From Octopus sinensis (lineage: Eukaryota): a stretch of 64,000 bases of DNA. Shown piece by piece: positions 40,241-51,906 of the stretch. A program made the position numbers and the translations under genes. The stretch is taken from assembly GCF_006345805.1 (NCBI RefSeq), contig NC_043002.1:100688001-100752000 (forward strand). Direction: 5' to 3'. How positions within the stretch are numbered: the first letter of the stretch is position 1; every line of letters begins with the position of its first letter. The notes below the pieces were generated by a model that did no database searches, was not told where the DNA came from, and saw only the letters and a program-made list of their open reading frames with translations.

Positions 40241-40992
40241 TAGTATATATATATACAAAGTGTGTGTGAATACTTATGTCAATATACGCTTAATCAGCTG
40301 CTAACAGAGTGCAATCCCACAAGTATAGACAAATACATACATATGTACTACATATAGATAAACATGACTCTCTCTGTGCAAGCTGTTCCGGTGTTGATTT
40401 ACATATGTAAAACCTGTGAATATTCTCTCTGACTGTTAGTCTGAGTGACTGTCTGCCTTCTTCTGTTTTCCTTCTTTCTTCAAGAGGCATGTGAAGTGCA
40501 AGTTGAAACTCCATGGTTTCAGGTTTGACTCCATTGCGCAGAGCATTTTGAGCATCCTTTAAAGTAGCCTCGGATCGACTACGGTGTTAAATTTCGTTGT
40601 CGGAAACTTTATGGAAGCCCATCGGAAGGACCTTTTTTTTTTCTCCATTGCCCGGTTTAAAAACACCACCCAATCCTTTGATGATTTTAGTACAATCTGT
40701 ACTGTTGGACGCATTCGTGTTAGGTCTTCTGTTTCAAGATAACTTTTGGCTTTCACCCACCAGTCATGGATGAAGGAAAAGGGTCAAGAGTGTTGTTTTC
40801 TTCTTTAAAAAATAAAAGAGAAGTGAAATGGCACAGTATTTATCTCTTTTTGCTATTTCAGACAGGCTGATCCTGATCGGGCAGAATTATAATCAGAAGT
40901 GTTCCAGTTATGAACATTCAGTCGTTTTAAGTGGTACATTATTTACATTCTTTACAGTTTGACGGATATTTGTCCTCATCATGTTTGTTGTT

Positions 40993-41038
40993 AACACAAC
41001 GTTTCGGCCGATATAGCCTCCAGCCTTCATCAGGTGTC
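40993..41038 (-). ncRNA. Minimal hammerhead ribozyme fold in a composite element
   Basis: GACAC-CUGAUGA-a-GGCUG...CGGCC-GAAA-CG-UU^GUGUU. Confidence 0.75.
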
Positions 41039-41100
41039 TTGGGGAAATTTCGAATCTGGGTTCTCATTCCTAAGTTATTTGGGGATATTATAATAATAAC

Positions 41101-41157
<57 letters not shown>

Positions 41158-41338
41158 TGGGCCCCACCTGCAAGGTCATGTGCTGTTTATCTTGATATGA
41201 GATCACCATGTCGCGCACATATGGTTGTGATGCATGTGCCTGGTGTACCCTTATCAGACGGGTAGTCATGATGGGTATATTGGGCTTCGTATATTTTACC
41301 CCAGTGTCACTTTGATGGCATGCGCTGCTCTCTCACTC

Positions 41339-41378
<40 letters not shown>

Positions 41379-41515
41379 GTTCAGGTCACTGCCTGGAATC
41401 AAACTCGGAATCTTGGGGTTAGTAGCTCGCGCTCTTAACCACTACGCTATATGCCCGTAATCTTGAGTCAACCTAATACCTTAGGAATTAGAAACCAGGT
41501 TCGAAATTCGCCCAA

Positions 41516-41561
41516 AACACTTGATGAAGACTGGAGGGTTTATCAGCTGAAACGTTGTGTT
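41516..41561 (+). ncRNA. Inverted second copy of the same hammerhead (C3U variant)
   Basis: AACAC-UUGAUGA-agacug...cagcu-GAAA-CG-UU^GUGUU. Confidence 0.6.
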
Positions 41562-42121
41562 AACAACAAACAAGATGAGGACAAATATCCGTCAATTGTA
41601 AATAATGTAAATAATGTACATAATTCTTCATCTCTTAAATATAGAGCTGTTTTAAGTGGTGTTTAGAACTACATTATTGAATGTGATTATTCTTTAGAAA
41701 TAGTTCAATGTGATTTGAGGGAGATTAGACTGCAGTTTTTGCCAGATCGAGCGACCACTAGAGAAACTCCTTTGTTGGCGCGTGTGTTCTCAGTTGTGGA
41801 ATCTCCAGTCGTAAAATGCAGCTGAGGGTTCCACAACTTTTTGTTGGACAACCTGCACAGTTGATGTACTTGTAGTGATGAAATAGTTGTACTGTACATT
41901 TACTCACTCTCCATCATGTCGACGTTGCCTCTACATGCGTCAGGTGTCGAAATGATTGCAGAGCAATTGTGAAATGGAGTGTTTTGCTCAGGAGCACAAC
42001 GCACCACCACATCCAGGAATCGAAACCACGCCTTCAGTCGTGAGTGGAGTAACCTAACCATTAGGTCACACGCTTTCACATTCGATTCATACATTTATGT
42101 AAAATATGTGTCTTGATGTAT

Positions 42122-42188
<67 letters not shown>

Positions 42189-42784
42189 GTTCCACTTGTC
42201 AGTGATCACCTAATATGTACTCAATGCCACCCGGATATTACAAGACTACCGAGGTTTTAAAAAGCTTGCTTAGCAACTATGAGTTCTCGGGTTCGATTCC
42301 ACTGCACGGAGTGCGACAGGTATCTTTTATCTTAGTCTCGAGTCAACATAAGACATGTGAGAGAAAATGGAGGGGACGGAAAGTGTGCATGGAGGAAAAG
42401 TTGTAGTACAAATCAAAGGTACAGCATTGCTATGTGTTGTGCTACAGCCATTCAGCTTGAGAATTACATAAAGTGTTACCCATATTTGGAATATTTAGTC
42501 AATTATACGTGAATTTAATGAGTTATCCACTTCGACAAACAACTGAATGCGCATCGTCAAAATAGGCGGAGGGCCAATCAAATGTGTCTGTAAGTCACCA
42601 TATATATTATGGCCTAATTAGAGGAAACGGAAGGACGCCCATTAGATATTTTATAAGGTTCTTGAGACTGTTTAAGAAAAGGGGAAATGTAACTGTAACT
42701 CTTGACGAAATCAGATATCTAAGATATATTCCCACAGATTGGAGACTTCAATGAAGATACTCACGGGCCAGGAGGGCGTGCTAG

Positions 42785-43565
42785 TCAATATACATAAATG
42801 CGAAATGGTGTCTGTCTGTGTGTATGTTTGAGGTTACTCTAACTCCTCCCTCACTGTCCAACTGATTTTAATGATTTTTGGCACATAGGTAGATCACATG
42901 CCCTGAAGTTCGAATATGGCCAATAATTTTCGAAAACACGATAATGCTCAGTTGGCATCGATTTTTGTGAGCTTAATCGGGCATTTGAATAGATATTCTC
43001 ATACCAATGTTATTTTTCCTGCAGCTTTTGCATTTTTTGTTCGATTTTGATGAAAATCGATGAATGAGCGCGGGTCATAGCAGTGAGTTGATGTCAGTAT
43101 ATGGCGTTGACAAAAATTCGGTAATTGCGCCTGAGCAGTGGTTTTATAAAATCAATACGCCTTTTGCGTGCGTATACCCATAGGCATTTTATTTTTGGTC
43201 GTAAGTTTTATATTTTCATATAAATGGCCACATGGATTCTATTTTATGACATAACCGTAACACTTTTCTTCGGATTTTGCAGAGATTGGACACGCTGATC
43301 AATTTTGTGTAGAGAGTGGCATTAAAGAGAGAGAGATAAACAAATATCACTCGAGGTACACCCAAACGTTTGACTGTGATTTCATACGGTCCAGCATGTA
43401 GAAGTATGTCGAATGCGTTAACCGGGTAAAATCGCTGCCGAAACAGATATAACATCTTAATGGGTAATAGTTGACACGGGGAACATAGAATATTTCAATA
43501 TAAGGTTCAGAGGTAGGCTTAACTTCAACCTGGAAAACACGAGCAACGACGGGTCCAACAGCTAA
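42785..43565 (+). mobile_element. Longer, older Helitron-type element
   Basis: 5' TCaatatacataaatgcg..gtctgtctgt; 3' acgagcaacgacgggtccaacagCTAA|T resembles the hairpin-CTAG end of the 400-bp family. Confidence 0.6.
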
Positions 43566-43593
43566 TATATATGTCTATATATATGTCTATATA

Positions 43594-43647
<54 letters not shown>

Positions 43648-44312
43648 TAATATAAGTCTATATATATATATATATATATATATAGATTCAGATGATATGG
43701 TACTAAGTTGAGGCACCAGAATTTAGTACAGTATAATCCATACAATTTCAAAATGAGGTGATTAAAATCAAAATAAACAACAAGGATATCCAGAAGTAAT
43801 GCAGTAAGATCGTTTCAAGCAACCCCATTTAAAATTCTGTGTGTGTTTGCCCCCCCCCCCCGGCTCGTTGATAGCCAGTGTTGGCTTTCTTTTATTACAT
43901 CCCCAAAAACCAGCGGTCCGGTAAAACAGACCGATCTAAAGTAGTACTGAAATCAATTTGTTCGGCTAAACCCTTCAAGTAGTGCCCCTGCATGGTTACA
44001 TTCCAATCACTAAAACAAGTAAATAAATGAAGGTGGGCTTCAGTAAACAAAATGTTCCTCTTTACGCACCTCCAAACCACGAGCATTCCAGGAACTACTT
44101 ACACTTCTTGTCCTTGCAACGTCTCTGACCGCGCCTCCCACTCATTATGCATGACCATCCCGTCTTATTTTCTCCGATGTATAAGGAACTCAAGAACTCA
44201 TTATTCAACTAGCCCAGTTTTTCGACGGTAGAGCGTGATCTGAGGGAGATTGAGGTGCTATCTCTAGCAGATAGAACGCGTACTTATAGGTTCCTTCGTA
44301 GGTTCTACTATA

Positions 44313-44391
44313 TTAGGTATTGGTGCATGAGTTAGCCTACCATATCTATATGTAACAGATATGGTAGGCTCACTCATGCGCCAATACCTAA
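44313..44391. mobile_element. Tiny palindromic Tc1/mariner-type MITE
   Basis: Arms of 37 bp including the TA TSD with 2 mismatches, 9-nt loop; TA|TTAGGTATTGG...CCAATACCTAA|TA. Confidence 0.75.
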
Positions 44392-44438
44392 TATATATAC
44401 ATACATAATATATATATATATTATATATATATATATAT

Positions 44439-44487
<49 letters not shown>

Positions 44488-44639
44488 CAGATAGATAGAT
44501 AGAAAGATAGATAGATAGATAGAAAGATAGATAGATATAGATAGATAAAATTTACTTGGAAAAGGATGCGTGGTATTCGATCATATAAATAATATATAAA
44601 TATATTCATATATACATACATATATATGTGTACATACAT

Positions 44640-44975
44640 GCATATATGGGTACAGGACATCAAAAAAACGTTCAACACAATAAGAAACAAAACATAGAAA
44701 ACGAACTTTTATTTGAACAAAGAAAAAAACAGAGAAACGAGACATGCAACATAAAGAATATTCCCCTTCATCAGTTGTCCTTGTTTCATCTACTCCGCGT
44801 TTTCGCAAGCAAGGACAATACGCGACTTCGTTGAAACAATCCTTCCTGCATTTTATTTTGCATGTCTCGTTTCTATGTTTTTTTCTTTGTTCAGATAAAA
44901 GTTCGTTTTCTATGTTTTTGTTTTTATGTTATCGTTTCTCATTGTGTTCAACGTTTTTTATGTATCCAAATATGT
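44640..44975. repeat. Long inverted repeat (arms about 115 bp, spacer about 95 bp), Penelope-terminal-like
   Basis: aaacatagaaaacgaacttttatttgaacaaagaaaaaa..gaaacgagacatgcaa versus ttgcatgtctcgtttc..tttttctttgttcagataaaagttcgttttctatgttt. Confidence 0.85.
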
Positions 44976-45453
44976 ATGTATATATACATATATATGAAAG
45001 TATGTACATATATTTATGTATATATGCATATATTTATATATTAATATATTATTTAATATTATATTATATTATATTATATTATATTATATTATATTATATT
45101 ATATTGTATTATATTATATTATATATATGTGTGTGTGTAAATATATAAATTAAAATAATAAGGGTAGAAATTGATATCAATCCATTAACATCAATTTAAA
45201 CCAGTGGTCTAGCATATTCGAATAAAAAAATCTGAAGATTTAGAAATTTTGCGAGTATTAAAAATGAAATCATGATACGTAGGAAATAGTTTTATTTTGT
45301 GAATTTTATTTTTGCCTTGTTTACTTTTTACATTTTGGCGTTTGCTGGGTTTTTTTTCCTGAGAACACACTCTTTGTGGTAAAGTGATTTGACGTCTTTC
45401 TCTAGCGTAATGGAATCCACCTTAGTGTCAATCCTCTTATTAATTGTAATATA

Positions 45454-45454
<1 letters not shown>

Positions 45455-45484
<30 letters not shown>

Positions 45485-48215
45485 CTAGTTTCAGCTTATG
45501 AGCTGTGGCCATGCTGGGCACCGCCATTTGGTGTTGCTACGTGGTTTCACTCATGGAGGTTTTCTAGCAACTGCTATTGGTGCATGAGAGAGTTCGATGC
45601 AGCTGCCCTCATCTGCCCCTCCTGCGTGAAGTTGGTTCATCTGGGACACTGACAGGAAGAGATCCAGCTTCATTTTAAAGACATCTGTATCCACCCCATG
45701 CAGGTCTCTCAGGTTCTTCGGGAGGATATTGAAGAGCTGTGGGCCTCGGAAACCCAGGCTATCACAGAATCTTGTCCTACATCTTGATGGCAGTTTTGGA
45801 GTCCTAGGCACCACGTAGTGGCGCCAGTTCTGGCATTTGCGTAACTCTCGATGCCAAAGTTCAGGACACTTCCCTCCAGGATCTTCCAGATGTATATTAT
45901 GGCATATCTTCCCGCCTACGCTCCAGGGATATAATTTTTAATCTCTTGAGTCTTTCCCAGTAGCTTACATTCTGCATAGAGGCTATCTTCTTTGTGTAGC
46001 TTCATTGGATCGCCTCAAGTTCTGTGATCAACTTGACACTGGATGGTGACCATAGCTGAGAGCAATAGTCAAAGTGGCTTAGGACAAGTGTCTTCCAGAG
46101 GACCATCATGGTTTTTTGTTCTCTTGTTTCTAAAGGTTCTAAGAATCCATCCAGCCAGCCGTCTACATTTCATTGTCAGTTTAGCAACATGTACATGAAA
46201 GGTCGCGTCATCACTCATGTGAATACCCAGGTCACGCACTGATTGTGCTCTGGGATTGCAATCCCTCCGGGTCAGTGTATTCATTGGGTATTGCATTCAG
46301 TTTTGCATGCTGATAGTATAAAGCTTGAAACTTTCCAGCATTGAACTGCATGCTATTCTTTTCAGCCCACTTGTATATTTCGTCCAGCTCACATTGCAGT
46401 GTTTAGTGTCCTCAGGGTTCTGTATTGCCTGTGAAACTTTTGTATCATCTGCATAACTTGGATCGTGGCTCTCTGCGTGGCTGAGGGCATGTCTGAGAGG
46501 GCCATTATGAACAGTAGTGGTCCCAGAACAGTGCCCTGCGGACACCGCTCACTATTTGTGGTGTTAATGGATGTGGCCCCATTGGCTACTACCACCTGAC
46601 TTCTATCCTTCAGAAAGTCATGAAGCCATTCTCCCAGTTTTCCAACTATGTTGAGATCACGCAGTTTGTGACATATCATTCCATGATCGACTTTATCAAA
46701 GGCCTTTGCAAAGTCGAGATATATCACTTCCACATTTGAGTGGTTGAGCAGCCTTTCTCAAGCACCCAGTCATAGTGTTTGTAGGAGCTGAGTTAACAGC
46801 TTCCTCCCTGGTCGGAAACCATGTTGGGTGTCGGGGCAGCAAGTCATTTTCTCTTCAAGGAAGGTGATCAGCTTCCTTCTGACTATTCGTTCCATGACCT
46901 TGCTGATGTGTGAGGTCGAGAGATAGGTCTATAGTTCTTGGCTTCCGCTCTGCTACCACTCCTTTATGAATGGGGCATATTTTACCTTCCTTCAGTTTTC
47001 CTGGAAGTTTGCCAGCTGCAAGGAAGCTCTGAAAGAGGAACTGCAGTGGTCTTTGCTAGGACTCTCTTACATGCTTTTAGGAGGATTGCCGGAATCCATC
47101 GGGGCCAGTAGCTGAGTCTGTTTTCATTCATCTATAGCCTTGGTTACATCGTCTTCCTTATATCGATGTAATCTATCGTCGCCGCCTCTGATTTTATATC
47201 TGCCAGTGGGTAAAAAAGTCAGTTGGATTGGTGATTTGGAGATGCCCAAGGGGTGGAGTGAAAACACTCTGAATTGCTCATTCAGTATTTCACTTACCCT
47301 CATTTGTTTTCCTGTAAGTGTGCCATCCTTTTCGAGGAGTGGCCCTATTTCTACAGTGCACTGTAGCTGTTCTTTGGCATACCTGTAGAAAGCTCTGGGG
47401 TAGATTTATGTTTTCTATAGCCCAGGCTTCTTTGTCTGCTCTTTCTTTTTTCATGGGAGAGTTGCAGACATTTTTCGATTTCCCAACAGTTTTTATTTTT
47501 AGGCGGGACTTTTCACTGCTTTCAATCTGTTTGTTTAGGCGATTTGAAAATTTCGTACGCGTCCGCATTAAAATTTTCCTCTCTCTGGGGATTTGTCTTC
47601 TTGTACAGTGGTGCTTTCTCTCTGGGACCCATTTGTAGCATATGGCTTGCATTACAGACATGAATTGTTGAAGTTTCACGTCGATGTCTGGCGAGGAGAG
47701 ACATTTAGGCCAGTTTTTGTTTGAGGATCTCTTTCTCAATTTGTTTCCAGTTTGCCTTATGGTAGTTCAAGCTGGAAAGATTTTGAGGGTTTTGTAGGCT
47801 GCATGTCCGTGCTCTCTTTTGGCCCGTACATGGTCAGCTCTATCATGTTGTGATCCGAGAGAGTGTCGGTGTCACTTTCACATTATGGATGAGATCCATG
47901 TCATTTGTGAAGCAGAGATCCAGTGTGTTACCTGCCCTGGTTGGTTGAGTATTACCTGCTCATGTACAGGGTGTTGAGAGGTTCAGGAGGGACCTCGCCT
48001 GTCCTCGTTCACATCTTGTCATTCCTGGGAGAGAAGGCCCTCGGGCCATCTGACATTGGGCAGATTGAAGTCTCCCATAAGAAGCACACCTATGTGTTGT
48101 TCTAATGGGGTTTAGAATTCTCTCTATTATAGGAGGCAGTCTTCAAACTTGCCCACATGGCTTGGGCATCTGGAGGGCGATATGTAGCACACACAACTAC
48201 ATCAAGTTGCCTAAT
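45455..48215 (-). mobile_element. CR1/L2-like LINE with APE endonuclease remnant, RT and 3' tail (AATC)n; frameshifted
   Basis: Minus-strand motifs YRPP, GDFNLP, GNTLDL, YLDFAKAFDKVDH, PQGTVLGPLLF, YADDTK, RDLGI, FRGPQLFNILP; 3' end ggcggtgcccagcatggccacagc plus AATC repeats. Confidence 0.92.
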
Positions 48216-48511
48216 ATGTACAATAATATTTAATTCTTCGGATTTTGTTTTTTGAATATGCTAGACAACTGGTTTAAATTGATGTTAATAGATTAATATT
48301 AATTTCTACCCTCATTAATATATATATATATATATAAGTAAATAAATGGTACAACGAAGTACCGATATTTACTGGAAAATAGCGATCGTAACAATTACGA
48401 CGCTATTTTATAGCTTCACTGCGTATGTACTAGTAAAGACGTGTGTGTGCAACAAACATAAAAAAAATTGTCTTACCTCTAGGAAGAAAATGAAAAACCT
48501 AGAAACGGATA

Positions 48512-48582
48512 ATGCAGTACCGGTTTCAGACTCTTCAAATACGTTTGCCAACGTAGATTTGATTTGTCTTCATCAGCTGCAT
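48512..48582 (-). ncRNA. Penelope-type hammerhead ribozyme fold with canonical core
   Basis: AUGCAG-CUGAUGA-AGAC...GUCU-GAAA-CCGG-UA^CUGCAU; perfect 6-bp stem I, palindromic ACCGGU stem III; lies in a fragment (about 48335-48835) between (TA)n runs. Confidence 0.85.
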
Positions 48583-48858
48583 ATACCTCGACAAAATTTC
48601 AAATGTTTCCACATCTATGCCAGTACACTCGTCTGAACGCCAAAAGTATAATACTTAGCACATTAAATTAGTTAGTCACATTTTTGATATTTTCAGTGTC
48701 ATTAATCACAATACATTTATCATAACTATAATAATACTTTTATCGTAACTTCTAATTTTTTTGCTAAAAATGAACGAGTATTGTACGGTTTTCTTTTTTT
48801 TTACAACTGTATACCTACTTTTGCATCACCCTTTATATCTATATATATATATATATAG

Positions 48859-48903
<45 letters not shown>

Positions 48904-49169
48904 TATATAAATATATATAATATATGTTGAGCGACTTTTTATGGGTGCGCCATTACAGACCACACCATATGTTTTTTTAACAAGTTATGCAGCTATCAAA
49001 ACACTAACAGTTGTCATAGCATCGCTAGGAGAAGCGTCTGTATTTACATCTCATAAACTTAGACTAATGTGTTACCGCTTTGTTATATATATACACGCAC
49101 ACGCACATAATATCAATATAAAGATAATGAATGCATATATATCTTTATGTATGTGGTTTACAAGCTGTA

Positions 49170-49401
49170 AGGCGGCGAGTTGGCAGAAACGTTAGCACGC
49201 CGGGCGAAATGCGTAGCCGTATTTCGTCTGCCGTTACGTTCTGAGTTCAAATTCCGCCGAGTTCGACTTTGCCGTTCCTCCTTTCGGAGTCGATAGATTA
49301 TGTACCAGTTACTCACTGGTGTCGATGTAATCGACTTAATCCGTTCGTCTGTCCTTGTTTGTCCTCTCTGTGTTTAGCCCCTTGTGGGTATTAACGAAAT
49401 A
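49170..49401 (+). mobile_element. Family M monomer, tail A
   Basis: TSD-like ggtttacaagctgt / ggattacaagttgt. Confidence 0.85.
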
Positions 49402-50132
49402 GGATTACAAGTTGTGGGCAACCGTTTTGCTCCAAAATAGATTAAATTTTGTACGTCAGCGTATCTTTTACACGAACAGGTCACAGAAGGACGTGTGATG
49501 TTTTTGCGATACATTCTCAAAACATGGGAAAGACCGAGTCCAAGGATATATATATATATCTATATATATATATATATATAAATATATATATACAGTGTAT
49601 GGTGGCGTCTTCTTCCACACTAGCCCCGGTAATACTAAAGCTTTAAGAGTGGGTTTGGTTGAAGGAAACTGAAAGTGTGTGTATGTGTGTCTTTTCCTCT
49701 ACCGCCGCTTGAAAACTAGTGTTGGTTTGTTTATGTCCTCATAATCTAGCGTTTCGATGAATAGAATAAGTACCAGGCTTAAAAGAATAATTATTGGGAT
49801 TGATTTGAGCTATTAAACCCTTAATGGTGATGCCCCGGCATGGCCGCAGTTTACTGACAGAAACAAGTAAGAGATATAGTAAGTTTATGCATAAGCATAA
49901 TGTATACATATACACACGCGTACGTATACACCCATATACGTATATATATATATATATATAATATATATATATTATATATATATATATATATAAGGGTGTA
50001 TATTTGTGTATGAAAAAGACTTTTATCTTTTATTTGTCTCAATCATCAGACTGCGGCCATGCTGGGACACCACCTTGAAGAACAAATCGGCTCCAGTATA
50101 TATGTTTTTGCAAGCCTGGTACTTATTCTATC

Positions 50133-50171
<39 letters not shown>

Positions 50172-50267
50172 GTGTTTGTGTGTGTGTCTGTGTGTGTGCA
50201 GTCCAACTTTACAGAAAACAAAAGACGATGATAGGTGTAGGAACAACAAGCAGGTGTATTAGTTTAG

Positions 50268-50502
50268 GTTGAAGGCGGCGAGCTGGCAGAAACGTTAGCA
50301 TGCCGGGCGAAATGCTTAGCCGTATTTCGTCTGCGTTACGTTGTGAGTTCAAATTCCGCCGAGGTCGACTTTGCCTTTCATCCTTTCGGGGTCGATAAAT
50401 TAAGTACCAGTTACGCACTGGGGTCGATGTAATCGACTTAATACCTATGTCTGTCCTTGTTTGTCCTCTCTGTGTTTAGCCCCTTGTGGGTAATAAAGAA
50501 AT
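50268..50502 (+). mobile_element. Family M monomer, tail A
   Basis: 16-bp TSD aggtgtattagtttag at 50252 and 50503. Confidence 0.9.
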
Positions 50503-50540
50503 AGGTGTATTAGTTTAGTGCTCAGGTAAAAATGGAAAAG

Positions 50541-50578
50541 CCTTTTACGTTTCGAACCTACGCTCTTCGACAGAAAAG
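50541..50578 (-). ncRNA. Minimal hammerhead variant (CUGUCGA core)
   Basis: cuuuu-CUGUCGA-a-GAGC-guag-GUUC-GAAA-CG-UA^aaagg; a more degenerate opposite-strand relative lies at 51546-51581. Confidence 0.5.
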
Positions 50579-50758
50579 ATTAAGAGGGAAAAAATAAAGA
50601 GAGAATGAAAAAAACGGAGAGAGAAAAAGTGCACAGAGTTCAACGGTCCAACATCGTGAGATGACTAGAGAAAAAAAGGTTGAATGAAAGGGAGATAATA
50701 ATAAAATCGGTAATGGTGACCCCAACGACCTAAGGTGCACGAGTGTGTGTACGAGAGA

Positions 50759-50819
<61 letters not shown>

Positions 50820-51047
50820 TAGTGTGTGTTAGTGTTTATGTGTGAAAGGGGATGAGTAAGTCTAACATGGATGTGTATAGTGAAAAGCAGTTGATGTGTG
50901 CTTGTTTAGGTGGTGTGTGCACAAGTATATGTGAGTCTGTAACCAAATAGTGTACATGTGTATAGTGTATAGTTGTGGGCGTAAGTTATCTTTGTCTATG
51001 CGTGTTGCGTGTGTATATATTGTTTGTATTCAGGTATTATGTGCTTG

Positions 51048-51091
<44 letters not shown>

Positions 51092-51736
51092 CTTTTTTCC
51101 ACGTTACAAAGCGTAGAACTAATACACTTCTTGTGCATCTCCTCTTGTTTTGTCATTATTATTTTCAATGTTATATTATTCGATTCGACTATTTACCACA
51201 CGCTCATACGGACCCACCACGTCCTTCTGACTGATTTGGAGTACCTAACACATGGGCTTTCTTATTCTATCCTTGGATTACGCTACTTTGAAATTCTTTT
51301 GGAGTATGTCGTTTTTGCACCTCGACCTGAAATGATTTTAATTTGTCCATGGCCCTTTTACTTCACCCCACTTCACTTCACTACATTTTACTTCAGTTCT
51401 CCTTTTCTTCCCCTCTTCCTTCTTTACTTTACATCTGTCCCCCAAAACCCCTTTCTCCATCTCTTTCCAGTTCCGGTCATTTCACTCATATAACCAGAGA
51501 CGTGCTGTTGGTGATATCTTTCTTTCTCTGGACCTTTCCGTTTTCCTTTCTGACGAAGACCTATGATCGCAACGTCAAAAGCCCTCCCTCTATTTCCACC
51601 TTTACCGAGAATCGAACTAATACATTCCATGCACACGTTCGCTTGTTCTCTATTGTTAATTTTCAATGTTCGGTTATTCGATTTGAATTTATATATGTAT
51701 ATATATACATATATAAAGTCAAATACACACACACAC

Positions 51737-51798
<62 letters not shown>

Positions 51799-51868
51799 GT
51801 ATGTGCGTGTGTATTCATTTGCATCTATGCGTATATCTGTTTGTAAATTTATAAAGTGTGTGTATATG

Positions 51869-51906
<38 letters not shown>

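Larger units (their letters stand above)
40936..41648 (-). mobile_element. Composite non-autonomous retroelement: tRNA-like head, (TTA)n, hammerhead tail, and an inverted tail copy at the 5' end
   Basis: 12-bp TSD GTTTTAAGTGGT at 40924-40935 and 41649-41660; A/B-box head at 41381-41456 (-); inverted arms about 40936-41078 and 41475-41620. Confidence 0.8.

Noticed and set aside
41381-41456. Possible functional tRNA gene
   Set aside because: Has A/B boxes but no proper acceptor or anticodon stems; treated as a SINE head
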